Shown: positions 38,200-49,158, counted from the stretch's first letter. The stretch: 64,000 bases of DNA from Candidatus Enterousia sp. (GCA_045614665.1 JAZLDI010000008.1:1084-65083), one strand, 5' to 3'. Translations and numbers: made by a program. Notes: generated by a model not told the origin, from the letters alone.

Positions 38200-39451
38200 A
38201 GATTATCACCTCATAGTTCCAAATACGTCTGGCTGCATCCCATGTACAACTTGTCATATAGACACCACCAAAATCTTGAAAAATTTTCATAAACTGCATA
38301 GGCACCAGTTTTGATGACGCTGCAATTTCAACCACATTTACCGTCGCCACATCAACACCATTAGTTAATGTATCAACAACAATATTTGCCTCTATATTTG
38401 TATCAATCCCCTGAAAAGAACTTGTAATATCACGAACAATTGTTTCCGCATCACGTTCATCTTGGGACGCAATCGTTTCAACCGTTGGTAACTTGGCCTG
38501 AACAATCAAATAATCTTCTGACTGTTCCGATACTAATACCCCCGGCATTAAATCAGCCGCAATATTATAAAATTCAGACAATGTTCCAAAACCGCGTTGT
38601 AATTCCGCATCAACATGTGTCTCTCCACAAGTTGCCATCACCTGATTCCACCCTACAATCGGTTGCATAACAAAACCAATCGCCTGATAACAGCTTTGTG
38701 CCCGCAGAACCGGGTCTGGTAAATTTTCAAATGGCATAACAATCGGTTCCGGTGGCAACGGCTTTTCAATCTCAAACTGTGCGTCCAATTCTTTGTTTTT
38801 TTCTTCAATTTGCCGCTTATATTCCGCAATCAACTCTGGATTAACATCCGCAACTTGTGGACGCGGTGACAACATCTGCCCAATCGGTTCACGCAAAAAA
38901 TAAAGCATCAAAACAACAAACACCGCCAACATCAAAACAGCTGTCATACGCGATCCAAACCGACTTATTGTATGCAAAACTGCATGCGACCCCGACCCTA
39001 TTATATCATAAAGCGTACGCTCAATTGCACGCGGCATCCCCCAGACACCTGGCGCAATCAAAGCCCCCCAATCAGGGATTTGTGATAATTTAACATATTC
39101 TTCACGGGCCTCTGCTTCTGTATCAAAAACCTTATCTTCCAGAATAACACCATTACGTACCGCAATAATAACATAACGTTTATCTGTTGCGAACGCCCCC
39201 AGGAACGACGTATATTCCGCCATAGATTCCATAACCTCTGCGGCAATTGACGGCATCCCCGCACGATGTCCAATGCGACGCGCCCCCAAACCAATCATTC
39301 CCCGATATTCCGTGAACAGATTTAATTTTTTATCGACTGATTTTGCTAATTTTTTTGCATAATTACGCGCAACAAATCCCGCCCCGATTGGTTGCCAAAA
39401 CAGACCGGTTGCGTACTTTTTATGATGAACTTGTACAACTTGATTAATCAA
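38189..39451 (-). CDS. PilO (type IVb, R64 PilO/PilO2-like) pilus accessory protein
   Basis: 420 aa with N-terminal YATGLFWQP and a central TM helix. Its position upstream of the pilP/Q/R-like genes matches the R64 order. Confidence 0.45.
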   Translation of the reverse strand: MINQVVQVHHKKYATGLFWQPIGAGFVARNYAKKLAKSVDKKLNLFTEYRGMIGLGARRIGHRAGMPSIAAEVMESMAEYTSFLGAFATDKRYVIIAVRNGVILEDKVFDTEAEAREEYVKLSQIPDWGALIAPGVWGMPRAIERTLYDIIGSGSHAVLHTISRFGSRMTAVLMLAVFVVLMLYFLREPIGQMLSPRPQVADVNPELIAEYKRQIEEKNKELDAQFEIEKPLPPEPIVMPFENLPDPVLRAQSCYQAIGFVMQPIVGWNQVMATCGETHVDAELQRGFGTLSEFYNIAADLMPGVLVSEQSEDYLIVQAKLPTVETIASQDERDAETIVRDITSSFQGIDTNIEANIVVDTLTNGVDVATVNVVEIAASSKLVPMQFMKIFQDFGGVYMTSCTWDAARRIWNYEVIIYAK

Positions 39452-39536
39452 TTTCTCTCTCTAATATAGGCCCTGTTGTAAAATTATAACATAAAAATCC
39501 CCACCCCCGCAACACTAAAACCAAAATGTAAAGTTT

Positions 39537-39561
39537 AAAAAATCCCCACACGGGGGATTTT
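39537..39561. terminator. rho-independent terminator
   Basis: The sequence is AAAAAATCCCC-ACACG-GGGGATTTTT. Confidence 0.75.
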
Positions 39562-39914
39562 TATTTATCTGCTGCGGTTCTTACCCTTTGCGGATTTGGA
39601 CAGTCATATACATTCGCAACCAGTATAAAAGCACGTTCCGGTCCAAAAATCACCCATTCGTTTGGACGTGTACGCTGACTGGTAATCCAATATGCATTAC
39701 CCGGACGCGCCTGGTCAACAATACGATTTTCCATATATCTGCGCGCATCATCCGCATCATAAACAGATACTTCTGATTCCAGTTTATATAAATACGTACA
39801 ACCAATTGGTTCAGCATCCAATTGCACTAAATATTCGCTACCATTTTCATTTTTAATCAATCCACCACAGGCACCTAATAAAAACAATACAAATAACGCA
39901 AATATTTTTTTCAT
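39561..39914 (-). CDS. small lipoprotein (DUF4156-like, tentative)
   Basis: 117 aa with lipobox LLGAC and two further Cys residues. Confidence 0.45.
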   Translation of the reverse strand: MKKIFALFVLFLLGACGGLIKNENGSEYLVQLDAEPIGCTYLYKLESEVSVYDADDARRYMENRIVDQARPGNAYWITSQRTRPNEWVIFGPERAFILVANVYDCPNPQRVRTAADK

Positions 39915-39936
39915 CCATCTTTCCTTTTTTTATTTC

Positions 39937-40872
39937 TTATTCAACTATATCATAATTAGACGGGTCGCTGAACAATTTTTTAAGAACTATATTATTTAAT
40001 GCATGACTGCCCTTGTATGATTCCAGTTTACCACAAATCATTCCACCCGCTGTAAACATATCACCAATTGCATCAATAATTTTATGACGCACGAATTCAT
40101 CTGGCCAATTTAGTTCATTTATTGTGCCGTCACCCGCATCATTCAGCGCAATAACATTTGTTTCATCTGCGCCACGCCCCATACCACGCGCCTTTAAATA
40201 TTCCCATTCAGAATATTTTCCAAAAGTACGTGCACGAGCAATATTTTTTATAAAATCATCTATTGATTTTTTTGTCCCATTAAAAGAATATTCAAAACTT
40301 TGTTTACCAATAATTTTTTCCGAATAGACCAAGGTCGCAACAACATCTAATGATTTTCCATCATTTGGATTCAAAGACACAAACCCATCCGCCTTGCGAC
40401 CTGAAATTTTATTCATAACCCAGATTTGCGCACGCACAAATAAAGGTAATTGTTTTGTTACCTCGCATGCGTTGGCAATAACCGGCTTACGCACAACAAT
40501 CTTTTTCATCTTTGCTTTTGATTGCACTGCTTCACTAATTAATTTATAAAACTCGGCCGCACTGCCGTCCAGAATTGGTGTCTCTGGTCCATTGATTTCA
40601 ATAATCGCACTGTCCACACCACACATAAATAACGCCGCCATCAAATGTTCAACTGTCTGAACATGCGCAGAATCCGTTTTTCCAACGGTGGTATTTCGCA
40701 TTTTTGTTTCACCGACATTATCAAAACGCGCTGGTATCAGCCCTGTCCCCAACATATCAACACGTCGAAAGAAAATCCCAGGCCTATTCGATGGTTTTAT
40801 AACCATACACACCGGCAACCCAGAATGAATTCCACGCCCATTTATTTCTATACTTTTTGTAACTGTATTCAT
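39937..40872 (-). CDS. lpxC: UDP-3-O-acyl-N-acetylglucosamine deacetylase
   Basis: Motifs GRGIHSG and VEHLMAAL are present, with a C-terminal HALNN-type motif. The ATG lies in an ATGA overlap with the lpxK stop. Confidence 0.92.
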   Translation of the reverse strand: MNTVTKSIEINGRGIHSGLPVCMVIKPSNRPGIFFRRVDMLGTGLIPARFDNVGETKMRNTTVGKTDSAHVQTVEHLMAALFMCGVDSAIIEINGPETPILDGSAAEFYKLISEAVQSKAKMKKIVVRKPVIANACEVTKQLPLFVRAQIWVMNKISGRKADGFVSLNPNDGKSLDVVATLVYSEKIIGKQSFEYSFNGTKKSIDDFIKNIARARTFGKYSEWEYLKARGMGRGADETNVIALNDAGDGTINELNWPDEFVRHKIIDAIGDMFTAGGMICGKLESYKGSHALNNIVLKKLFSDPSNYDIVE

Positions 40873-41771
40873 TTTAATTTTTCCCCCAGCCAATTCCAAA
40901 ACGCACCATCTATTTCAGTATCCAGTTTTGCAAATTTAATCTTTTCTTGTGCATATTCTGGCAACCGCACCCAATCCTTTTCTGTCGTGACTAATTTAGC
41001 CTTATGTTTATCCGCCAACGCAAACAATTTTTTCAAATCATCTTCTGTATATTGCCAATGGTCTGCAAAAGACCGCGTTGCCACCACATTGTTTAAACAG
41101 CGAAAAAATTTTTTCGGATATCCAATCCCCGCAAAAGCAACAACCTTAACCTTATCATCATATGGCGATTTTGTTGTGTTTTTTGCAAAAAAAGTTGGTA
41201 TACCAACCGGTAAACTAAAATTCTTTTTATGTGTTGAATTTTTAATAACAATTATCGCATCTGCACGACTTACAGCACCCTTTGGTTCACGCAGTGGACC
41301 GGCCGGTAATAAAAAACCATTACCATATCCCAAAGCCTCATCAAACACCAGAACAGAAACATCTTTTTTTATCGACGGATTTTGAAATCCATCATCCATA
41401 ACAATTGGTGTATTTTCTGATTGTTTGTCCAGCAAAATAATATTACTTTTTCTGTCACCTACATGTACAACCAATCCATTCTGCGCCAACATTGTTGCCT
41501 CGTCCCCGGCATCGGCAAAATCTTTACTTTTTTTATAACCACGCATAACCACCGGTGCATCCAAACGTGTGGCAATTTGACGCACGATTGGTGTTTTACC
41601 AACACCCCCCGCTAAAATATTTCCAACACAAATAATCTTGCGACGTGATTTTAACGGTCGAATTGAACGCAACGCAAAAACCACCCGACCAATTAAGTAA
41701 TACAACCAACCAACCGGCCATAAAACAAAAGACAACGGTGTCTTACGCATAAACCACCATGGCGTTTTCAT
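40869..41771 (-). CDS. lpxK: tetraacyldisaccharide 4'-kinase
   Basis: P-loop GNILAGGVGKTP is present. The TGA stop overlaps the lpxC ATG. The start is chosen at M12 of the ORF. Confidence 0.88.
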   Translation of the reverse strand: MKTPWWFMRKTPLSFVLWPVGWLYYLIGRVVFALRSIRPLKSRRKIICVGNILAGGVGKTPIVRQIATRLDAPVVMRGYKKSKDFADAGDEATMLAQNGLVVHVGDRKSNIILLDKQSENTPIVMDDGFQNPSIKKDVSVLVFDEALGYGNGFLLPAGPLREPKGAVSRADAIIVIKNSTHKKNFSLPVGIPTFFAKNTTKSPYDDKVKVVAFAGIGYPKKFFRCLNNVVATRSFADHWQYTEDDLKKLFALADKHKAKLVTTEKDWVRLPEYAQEKIKFAKLDTEIDGAFWNWLGEKLK

Positions 41772-41772
41772 C

Positions 41773-42561
41773 TTATTTATCCTTCTTTTTATTTTCGTGC
41801 GCATCGCGCATTTTTTTCTTAAACTCGCTCGCGGTCAAATCCTGCTCAACAATTGGTAAATTAAATTCTGCATCTAAATCACGTACCTGTTTTACCATAA
41901 CATCTTCCAGGTTTTTACGTACACGTTCAAATTCTTCTGCGGTGGCATTTGGCGCAATAAACATCGGCTTTCCGATTACACATTTTATACGCGAAAAATG
42001 CAATGCCAACAGGTATCTATCCCATCTTTTCTGAACCCAGGCACGCGAAGACGAATAACATACTGGAATAATTGGTGCACCGGTCATTTTTGCAAAATAC
42101 AACGCACCATCTTGAACACGCATCGATGGACCACCGGGACCATCAGGCGACAAACATAACGCATAACGCCCATCACGTAATACACGCACCCCCTGACGCA
42201 GGACAGAAATTCCACCTTCGCTTGTTGAACCATATATAGCCTTTAATCCAAACAAACGCTGAATTTTTGCCATCATACGACCATCTTTATGGCGACTGGC
42301 AATAGCATATCCACGCATCCCCCTCATACGAATTATCGGACTTAACATCATAGAACGTCCGTGCCAAAACACAAAAACAGCTGGCTTATTACGATATTGT
42401 TCAAAATATTCCATCCCTTTATATTCTTTACGCGAAGTAAAATACACAGTCCACATTGGAATCGACATAAAAATTGCAATAATCCACTGAATTAATCTGC
42501 ATCCCAATATAGGATTCCAGAATTTTTTCCATGCTTTTCTGAATTTTTTATTATGTATCAC
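41773..42561 (-). CDS. DUF374 / lysophospholipid acyltransferase-family protein
   Basis: 262 aa with an N-terminal TM helix and an FWHG motif. It lies upstream of lpxK, a common location for this family. Confidence 0.6.
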   Translation of the reverse strand: MIHNKKFRKAWKKFWNPILGCRLIQWIIAIFMSIPMWTVYFTSRKEYKGMEYFEQYRNKPAVFVFWHGRSMMLSPIIRMRGMRGYAIASRHKDGRMMAKIQRLFGLKAIYGSTSEGGISVLRQGVRVLRDGRYALCLSPDGPGGPSMRVQDGALYFAKMTGAPIIPVCYSSSRAWVQKRWDRYLLALHFSRIKCVIGKPMFIAPNATAEEFERVRKNLEDVMVKQVRDLDAEFNLPIVEQDLTASEFKKKMRDAHENKKKDK

Positions 42562-42671
42562 ATTAAATCCTTGTCTTGTTATGGCAGTTTAGCAACAAAA
42601 AAAACACAATTCAAGAAATGGGTTATGATAAAAATCATTAACCCGTAAAAACAATTGATTATTTTTTTTAT

Positions 42672-42699
42672 TTGACTATTACCTAAAATAGTATATAAT
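42672..42699 (+). promoter_or_regulatory. near-consensus sigma70 promoter of tRNA-fMet
   Basis: The sequence is TTGACT, a 16-nt spacer, then TATAAT. It lies about 20 nt upstream of the mature tRNA 5' end. Confidence 0.65.
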
Positions 42700-42720
42700 A
42701 CACAGGCTTTTAATCAGTGA

Positions 42721-42797
<77 letters not shown>

Positions 42798-42803
42798 AGA
42801 TTC

Positions 42804-42831
42804 AAAAAAATCGCCCCGTTTGGGGCGATTA
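42804..42831. terminator. bidirectional terminator tRNA-fMet/rfbB
   Basis: The sequence is AAAAAAATCGCCCC-GTTT-GGGGCGATTATT. Confidence 0.8.
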
Positions 42832-43839
42832 TTAATTCAAATACCATTCAACTGTTTTAATTATCCCTGTATCAAACGTTTCATCTGCGCGCCAACCAAG
42901 TTCTGTTTCCAGTTTTGTCGCATCAATCGCATATCTGAAATCATGCCCAGCCCGGTCGGCAACAAAGGTAATTAATTCTTCGTATTTTTTACCGTCGACA
43001 CGTGGTTTCTTTTCATCTAGGATTGCGCAAATAGTTTTCACAATTGTGATATTATTGCGTTCATTTCGACCACCAATATTATATGTTTCACCAGATTTTC
43101 CATTATGGAAAATTAAATCAATCGCCTTGCAATGATCCAGAACATATAACCAGTCACGAACATTTTCCCCTTTGCCATAAATTGGTAATGGCTGTAATGT
43201 CAACGCCTTGGAAATAATATGCGGAATCAGTTTTTCATTATGCTGTTTCGGTCCATAATTATTTGAACAATTTGACGTTGTCACATTCATACCAAATGTG
43301 TGATGATATGCACGAACCAAGAAATCAGACGATGCCTTGGATGCAGAATATGGACTGTTTGGTGCATATGGTGTATCTTCACAAAACATTCCGGTTGCCC
43401 CCAACGCACCATAAACCTCGTCTGTGGAAATATGATGAAAACGCGCATCTTCATAGCCTGGCTTTACCACACCTGGCCCATCCATCCAATGGCGACGTGC
43501 CGCATCCAGCAAATTAAATGTTCCAACAATATTTGTGTTAATAAATGCGCGTGGGCCCTTAATCGAATTATCAACGTGACTTTCCGCCGCAAAGTGAATT
43601 ACACCACGAATATCATTTTCATCAAACAGTTTATCTATTAATTCTGCGTCGCAAATATCACCCTGAACAAATTTATAGTTCGGCATATTTTCGCATTCAT
43701 GTAAATTATCCAGATTCCCAGCATACGTCAATTTATCTAAATTAATAATGTTATATTCCGGATATTTTTCACAAAAATAAGGCACAAAATTTGAACCTAT
43801 AAAACCCGCACCACCGGTAATTAAAATTGTTTTAGACAT
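42832..43839 (-). CDS. rfbB: dTDP-glucose 4,6-dehydratase
   Basis: The N-terminus is MSKTILITGGAGFIGSNF and the YSASK catalytic motif is present. Confidence 0.93.
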   Translation of the reverse strand: MSKTILITGGAGFIGSNFVPYFCEKYPEYNIINLDKLTYAGNLDNLHECENMPNYKFVQGDICDAELIDKLFDENDIRGVIHFAAESHVDNSIKGPRAFINTNIVGTFNLLDAARRHWMDGPGVVKPGYEDARFHHISTDEVYGALGATGMFCEDTPYAPNSPYSASKASSDFLVRAYHHTFGMNVTTSNCSNNYGPKQHNEKLIPHIISKALTLQPLPIYGKGENVRDWLYVLDHCKAIDLIFHNGKSGETYNIGGRNERNNITIVKTICAILDEKKPRVDGKKYEELITFVADRAGHDFRYAIDATKLETELGWRADETFDTGIIKTVEWYLN

Positions 43840-44642
43840 TTTTCCAATCCTTTTTTCCAATGTTGAATTTTTATATTAAAAACTTTTTGAATTTTAGATT
43901 TATCCAAAACGCTATAAAACGGTCGCACCGCACGTGTTGGATATTCGCTTGATTTAATTGGATTTACAGTGCACGTCAAACCCGAAATTTCCATAATTTC
44001 GGATGCAAAATCATACCACGAACAAACCCCCATATTTGTAAAGTGATAAACACCACTGTTTTCACGTGTCATTTGCGGAATAATTTGCACAATTGCATCC
44101 GCTAAATCACCCGCATATGTTGGGGTTCCGATTTGATCAGAAACAACATTTATTGATTCTTTTTCTGCCCCCAATCGACGCATAGTTTTTACAAAGTTGT
44201 TTCCATACGGACTATACAGCCATGCGGTACGAATAACAACCGCGACCGGCGCATTTTCCAACACCGCCAATTCCCCAGACCGCTTGGTTTTACCATACAC
44301 AGATATCGGATTTGTTTCATCATCCGGCGAATACGGCACATGCCCCATCCCATCAAAAACATAGTCTGTAGAAATATGTATGATTTTAGCACCTGTTTTT
44401 GCCAAGTTTAACGGCCCATCAACATTGATTTTTGTGGCCATTTCTATATCATCTTCGGCTTTATCAACGGCGGTATATGCCGCACAGTTAATAATTAAAT
44501 CAACATTATTTTCGCGTACAAATTTTTGGACGGCTGTTTCATCTGTAATATCCAGCATATCAACATCTGCACAAATTGCATCCGGCAAACGCCTTTTTAA
44601 TTCGGTCCCTAATTGCCCATTACATCCCGTAATCAGGTACAT
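43821..44642 (-). CDS. rfbD: dTDP-4-dehydrorhamnose reductase
   Basis: 273 aa. It has [18 protein letters not shown] and a C-terminal PRPFYSVLD-like motif. Confidence 0.9.
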   Translation of the reverse strand: MYLITGCNGQLGTELKRRLPDAICADVDMLDITDETAVQKFVRENNVDLIINCAAYTAVDKAEDDIEMATKINVDGPLNLAKTGAKIIHISTDYVFDGMGHVPYSPDDETNPISVYGKTKRSGELAVLENAPVAVVIRTAWLYSPYGNNFVKTMRRLGAEKESINVVSDQIGTPTYAGDLADAIVQIIPQMTRENSGVYHFTNMGVCSWYDFASEIMEISGLTCTVNPIKSSEYPTRAVRPFYSVLDKSKIQKVFNIKIQHWKKGLEKCLKQF

Positions 44643-45171
44643 CTTTTAACCCCTTGGCTATATTATCTTTGGCCGATGTAATAATTTTATCTGCTGGCAC
44701 CATCCAGTCTATTCCAATATCCGGATCATCGAATCGAATACCAAATTCAGCCTGTGGCGCATACAGATTATCACACTTGTAAGCAAACACTGCTGTTTCA
44801 CTTAATACCGAAAATCCGTGCAAGAATCCACGTGGAATAAATAATTGCCGTTTATTTTCGTCCGATAATTCAACCGCGACATATTTTCCAAATGTGGGCG
44901 AATTTTTTCTTATATCAACCGCCACATCCAGCACACGTCCCTGTAACACCCTTACTAACTTTGCCTGAGCATGCTCACCCAATTGACAATGCAGACCACG
45001 CACCACCCCATAAGATGACTTTGATTGATTATCCTGTACGAATTTTGCAGTTATGCCATTTTTTATAAATTCGGCCTCGTTATAAGATTCAAAGAAATAT
45101 CCGCGCGCATCTTCGAAAACACGTGGTTCAACGATGACAACCCCATCAATTTCAGTTTTAATAAAGTTCAT
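44620..45171 (-). CDS. rfbC: dTDP-4-dehydrorhamnose 3,5-epimerase
   Basis: 183 aa cupin with [14 protein letters not shown] and [16 protein letters not shown]. Confidence 0.93.
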   Translation of the reverse strand: MNFIKTEIDGVVIVEPRVFEDARGYFFESYNEAEFIKNGITAKFVQDNQSKSSYGVVRGLHCQLGEHAQAKLVRVLQGRVLDVAVDIRKNSPTFGKYVAVELSDENKRQLFIPRGFLHGFSVLSETAVFAYKCDNLYAPQAEFGIRFDDPDIGIDWMVPADKIITSAKDNIAKGLKDVPDYGM

Positions 45172-46045
45172 GTTTTTCCTCGTACACTTTTTGTAAATAA
45201 TCTTTATATGTGCCCGACTTTAATTCATCAATCAACGCACGCATTTGTTCATCACTAATAAAGCCCTGACGATATGCAATTTCTTCAATACATGCTATTT
45301 TTAATCCTTGTCGTGCTTCAATAATTTGAACAAATTGTCCCGATTCCATAAGGCTGTCCGGTGTTCCCGCATCCAACCACGCATTACCGCGCCGCATTGG
45401 CACAACAGACATACGCCCTTCGCGCAGGTAAATATTATTAAGATCTGTAATTTCCAATTCACCACGTGCAGACGGTGTTAAATTGCGCGCTTTTTCAACA
45501 ACATCACCTGGATAAAAATACAGTCCGACAGATGCATAATTTGATTTTGGATTTTTTGGTTTTTCTTCGATTGAAACCGCTTTCAGGTTTTCATCAAATT
45601 CCACAACACCAAATCTTTCCGGATCAGAAACATGATATGCGAATATGGTTGCACATTTTCCGGTATTCTTTTTAACCTCTGCCTCAAACATTGGGAATTG
45701 TCCCCCCATATAGAAGATATTATCCCCAAGAATCAAACATACATCATCGGTCCCAATAAAATCCGCCCCGATTGTAAAGGCTTGTGCAATTCCCTTTGGT
45801 TCTGGCTGAACCGCATATTGAATATTCAATCCAATCTTAGAACCATCACCAAATAACTTTTCAATATTAGGTGTATCAACCGGCGTAGATATAATAAGAA
45901 TATCTTTGATACCAAATTGCATCAATGTTGATAAAGGATAATAAATCATTGGTTTATCATAAACCGGTAATAATTGTTTTGATGTTGTCTTAGTTAATGG
46001 ATAAAGACGGGTACCACTGCCCCCAGCCAAGATAATTCCCTTCAT
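45158..46045 (-). CDS. rfbA: glucose-1-phosphate thymidylyltransferase
   Basis: [18 protein letters not shown] follows RBS AAGGA. The ORF is open to 46096. Confidence 0.94.
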   Translation of the reverse strand: MKGIILAGGSGTRLYPLTKTTSKQLLPVYDKPMIYYPLSTLMQFGIKDILIISTPVDTPNIEKLFGDGSKIGLNIQYAVQPEPKGIAQAFTIGADFIGTDDVCLILGDNIFYMGGQFPMFEAEVKKNTGKCATIFAYHVSDPERFGVVEFDENLKAVSIEEKPKNPKSNYASVGLYFYPGDVVEKARNLTPSARGELEITDLNNIYLREGRMSVVPMRRGNAWLDAGTPDSLMESGQFVQIIEARQGLKIACIEEIAYRQGFISDEQMRALIDELKSGTYKDYLQKVYEEKHELY

Positions 46046-46124
46046 AACCAATCCTTTTTCGTTTGAAGTCAAAGAACTTATAAGTATCTTAGCCATAAAA
46101 AGACCAGAAAATCAACCTATTTTA

Positions 46125-46772
46125 TTAAAAACACTTCTTTAATGTTTCACCCTTATCATTTTTATCAATACGCTTATTTCGTATTTCTTCATCAGCCTTT
46201 ATTTTTTGCTTAATGATAACCATTTCTGGATGTGATTGAATTTTGTTATTAATCTCTTCAATCGCCAAATCTATATCCGATGAATTATAAACAAAAATTG
46301 GCATTACCGAATCCGCCGCACTGTAAAGCGCGTTGTGCAAATCCACCTGAAAATCATCAATAACAGATAAATATTCGCGAATATGTTGATCTTCGTGCGC
46401 CAACACCGCATCATAAGAACAAGTATTTGGCACATGCCTGATATCAACCTGGACCAAGAAATTTGAATACCCTATTTCCGCATCAACCTGTTTAATTCCA
46501 ACACAAAAACCATCTTCTACCGATGTAATATCGGCCACAACATCATAATTATCAACCATTGTTGCAACAACATTTCCATGCCACAAATTCATTGGTTCCA
46601 GGGGTTGAACAACCTCTTTGGTCCATGTTGGTACAGATATTGTAATCTTTGGTGTTATTTTATACGATACACATTCATTGGCAAACGCCGGTAAACACAG
46701 AAAGCCAAATAAAATACCAAAATATTTTAACACCGGCTTAATCCAACGCCCCTTGTTTTTTAAGGTATTCAT
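46125..46772 (-). CDS. secreted HExxH protein (DUF922-like predicted Zn-protease)
   Basis: 215 aa with a signal peptide and the motif AHEDQH. It overlaps the virB4 stop by 35 nt. Confidence 0.45.
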   Translation of the reverse strand: MNTLKNKGRWIKPVLKYFGILFGFLCLPAFANECVSYKITPKITISVPTWTKEVVQPLEPMNLWHGNVVATMVDNYDVVADITSVEDGFCVGIKQVDAEIGYSNFLVQVDIRHVPNTCSYDAVLAHEDQHIREYLSVIDDFQVDLHNALYSAADSVMPIFVYNSSDIDLAIEEINNKIQSHPEMVIIKQKIKADEEIRNKRIDKNDKGETLKKCF

Positions 46773-49158
46773 TTACAAAATTATTTCCGTACATTTTGTA
46801 TAATTCTTCGGCCAAAAGAACAGATGAACGTCCCGATTCAAACAGGCGCAACATATTCCCCAGCCCCCCTAATTCTGTATTTAAAATTACAGATTCACCA
46901 TTAACTGGACGCGATAATAATACCGCACGTTTCAAGTTCGGATACGCCTTGCCTTGGATAAACGCCATTTCCAATGGATTTAAATTCCAGTGTTCATAAT
47001 CACGTGCATCCGCCGCCGGATTACGGAAGAATAAAACAGTCTGTGCCTGACCACGAACAACGTCACCAATTCCCAACTTATCCAAAACATTTGCACGTTG
47101 AAACGCAGCCATATACGCTTGGCGATTTTTACGTCCTTCTTGCAGCCCCGCTATAAAATTATCACGGAACATTTTATTTTCCAACATTGGCGCCGTTTCA
47201 TCGATCATAATTAGTGACGGATTTCCCCCCGCAACCGTTGTTGTGTTAATACGATGCAGAATATAAGAAATCACCGCAGGGGCCAATACTTCATCCTGCA
47301 AGATTTCTGTAAAATCAAACGTTGTCAAACGTGATTGCAAATCCAACGTATCTTCTTTTTCATTAAACATAAAACCATATTGCAACGGATCTATCCACTT
47401 TTTCAGTGCCGGACGCATATTTCCCGCAGACGAAAAACAACTTTCCCACAAATTTGTTAATAATCTATCCTTATCAGACAAATAATCAAAATTTACCGAA
47501 ACCGCACGCGCAATTTCATCCATTGACGCCGCATCGTTTTGCCCCGTAATAATAGAAAACCACCGACGCAAAAATGCACGATTTGCCGCACTATCCGGCA
47601 TTTTAAGGGGATTTAAGTGTGTCTGGAATGTATTTGCCATTGGGTCTGAATTTTTCTCTTTACCCTGCATTGTTATATATTTACCCCCCACGGCCAGTGT
47701 AAATATCTCAGCCCCTTTGTTACGATCAAAGAAGAATGCTTTTAATTTCGGAAAACGTAAACTTTGCGCAATCAGAAACGAAAATAAAGTTGTCTTACCA
47801 CCACCGGTTGGACCAATTGTCAATGTATGTGCCACTGCGGCTGGCTTATCAGATACATGAAATTGGAATTGATAAGGTGTTCCTTGGGCGGTTGGGAAAA
47901 TCACCAACGGCCCCGCCCCCCAATCTGAATTTGCAACACCACGTGGTGTGCTGGACATTGGGATACTGATTGCAGCAGTACGGGATAATAACTTGAAACT
48001 GCGTGGAAACACATCAAATCCTGGAATTTGTGAGAACCAGGCCACCTTGGCTGCAAAGGTTTCCACAACCGGCGAAATACCAAAAGACGCCGCAATTTTC
48101 TTAAATTCTGCAACATATTTTTGTAATTCTTCCATCGTCGCACCAAAAATCAAAAACATCGGATAATAATTTACCAGCGTCTGATTTCCAGAAATATTTT
48201 CATCCATTGCGGATTCAACAGCATAAATCTGTTCTTCGGTTGATTTTTGAACCTTCTCATCGGCGGTTGTACGACGTTGAGTAATTGTACGTTCAACGTC
48301 TGATGCCCCCATAATACCAAACCCATTCATACAAATCATTTCTGTCTGAATGGTTGATATAGTGTCATAAAACTCTTCATCTAAATAATCTGGTGAAATC
48401 TTAAAAGACATTGCCGCGGCAAAAGATTGTGTCCCACCACTTATATATCTTATAACACCATCATGTAAAAATTCAACATCATCAACCGTCACCAAATTTG
48501 AAATATTGTTATTACATGTCTTTGGCTGTGGCTTACTGATTGGTGATAAAATACGGCCAAAGAAACGCGCCATATTATCCGGTGTATTATTTTTAAGAAC
48601 CGTTGGCTTGTACGCAGCCAATATTGATTCAATATAGTTTCCATATTGATTTAACTTTGCGCGTGCGTCACCACCCGCAACCGAAATTACAATATAATAA
48701 TTATTTAAAAATATACGCAGACCCTGGCTTTTCCATTTATTATAAATCCGCTGTAATGTTGGCTGATCAAATTCATAGTTTGTATTTTCATCCACCGCAT
48801 CACGCACGGTATAGAACCGCAAAGTTACCCCTGGACTGCGAATTTGATTAAATAATTGTGCCCGCAAATCCAGAAATTTTGCCTTTGTATCGTCATCTTG
48901 CATACTGGTCTGAACACCTTGAACCCTATACGCCCGAATAAGTGTCCCATCCGTTAATTCAATAGAATTATCCGAATACACGGTTTTAAAAGGCAAATAA
49001 TTTGCATACTTTGCATATCCAAATTTTGGAAAAATCTTGCGCGTTAATGCCGGCACATACATCATCAACCCCAAGAACACCAACAGCACCATCATAACCA
49101 TAATAGTTGTGGTAACTGTAAACTCACCGCCTGCAAAATATTCAAAGAAATTATTCAT
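46738..49158 (-). CDS. virB4: type IV secretion system ATPase VirB4
   Basis: 806 aa with Walker A GPTGGGKTT and Walker B-like LIMIDETA. The overall architecture is CagE/TrbE/VirB4. Confidence 0.9.
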   Translation of the reverse strand: MNNFFEYFAGGEFTVTTTIMVMMVLLVFLGLMMYVPALTRKIFPKFGYAKYANYLPFKTVYSDNSIELTDGTLIRAYRVQGVQTSMQDDDTKAKFLDLRAQLFNQIRSPGVTLRFYTVRDAVDENTNYEFDQPTLQRIYNKWKSQGLRIFLNNYYIVISVAGGDARAKLNQYGNYIESILAAYKPTVLKNNTPDNMARFFGRILSPISKPQPKTCNNNISNLVTVDDVEFLHDGVIRYISGGTQSFAAAMSFKISPDYLDEEFYDTISTIQTEMICMNGFGIMGASDVERTITQRRTTADEKVQKSTEEQIYAVESAMDENISGNQTLVNYYPMFLIFGATMEELQKYVAEFKKIAASFGISPVVETFAAKVAWFSQIPGFDVFPRSFKLLSRTAAISIPMSSTPRGVANSDWGAGPLVIFPTAQGTPYQFQFHVSDKPAAVAHTLTIGPTGGGKTTLFSFLIAQSLRFPKLKAFFFDRNKGAEIFTLAVGGKYITMQGKEKNSDPMANTFQTHLNPLKMPDSAANRAFLRRWFSIITGQNDAASMDEIARAVSVNFDYLSDKDRLLTNLWESCFSSAGNMRPALKKWIDPLQYGFMFNEKEDTLDLQSRLTTFDFTEILQDEVLAPAVISYILHRINTTTVAGGNPSLIMIDETAPMLENKMFRDNFIAGLQEGRKNRQAYMAAFQRANVLDKLGIGDVVRGQAQTVLFFRNPAADARDYEHWNLNPLEMAFIQGKAYPNLKRAVLLSRPVNGESVILNTELGGLGNMLRLFESGRSSVLLAEELYKMYGNNFVNEYLKKQGALD

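Noticed and set aside
40645-41385. Long antisense or alternative-frame ORFs inside conserved genes. Examples: 40645-41385 (246 aa), 28669-29334 (221 aa), 12219-12773, 32392-32952, 33051-33533, 54788-55261, 57823-58308, 19677-20213 and 622-1080.
   Set aside because: Each lies fully within a well-supported gene on the other strand or frame (lpxC/lpxK, aspS, ftsA, gyrB, topA, mrdA, the Cys-rich gene, mnmE). Their low-complexity, Ser/Pro/Arg-rich translations are typical of shadow ORFs.
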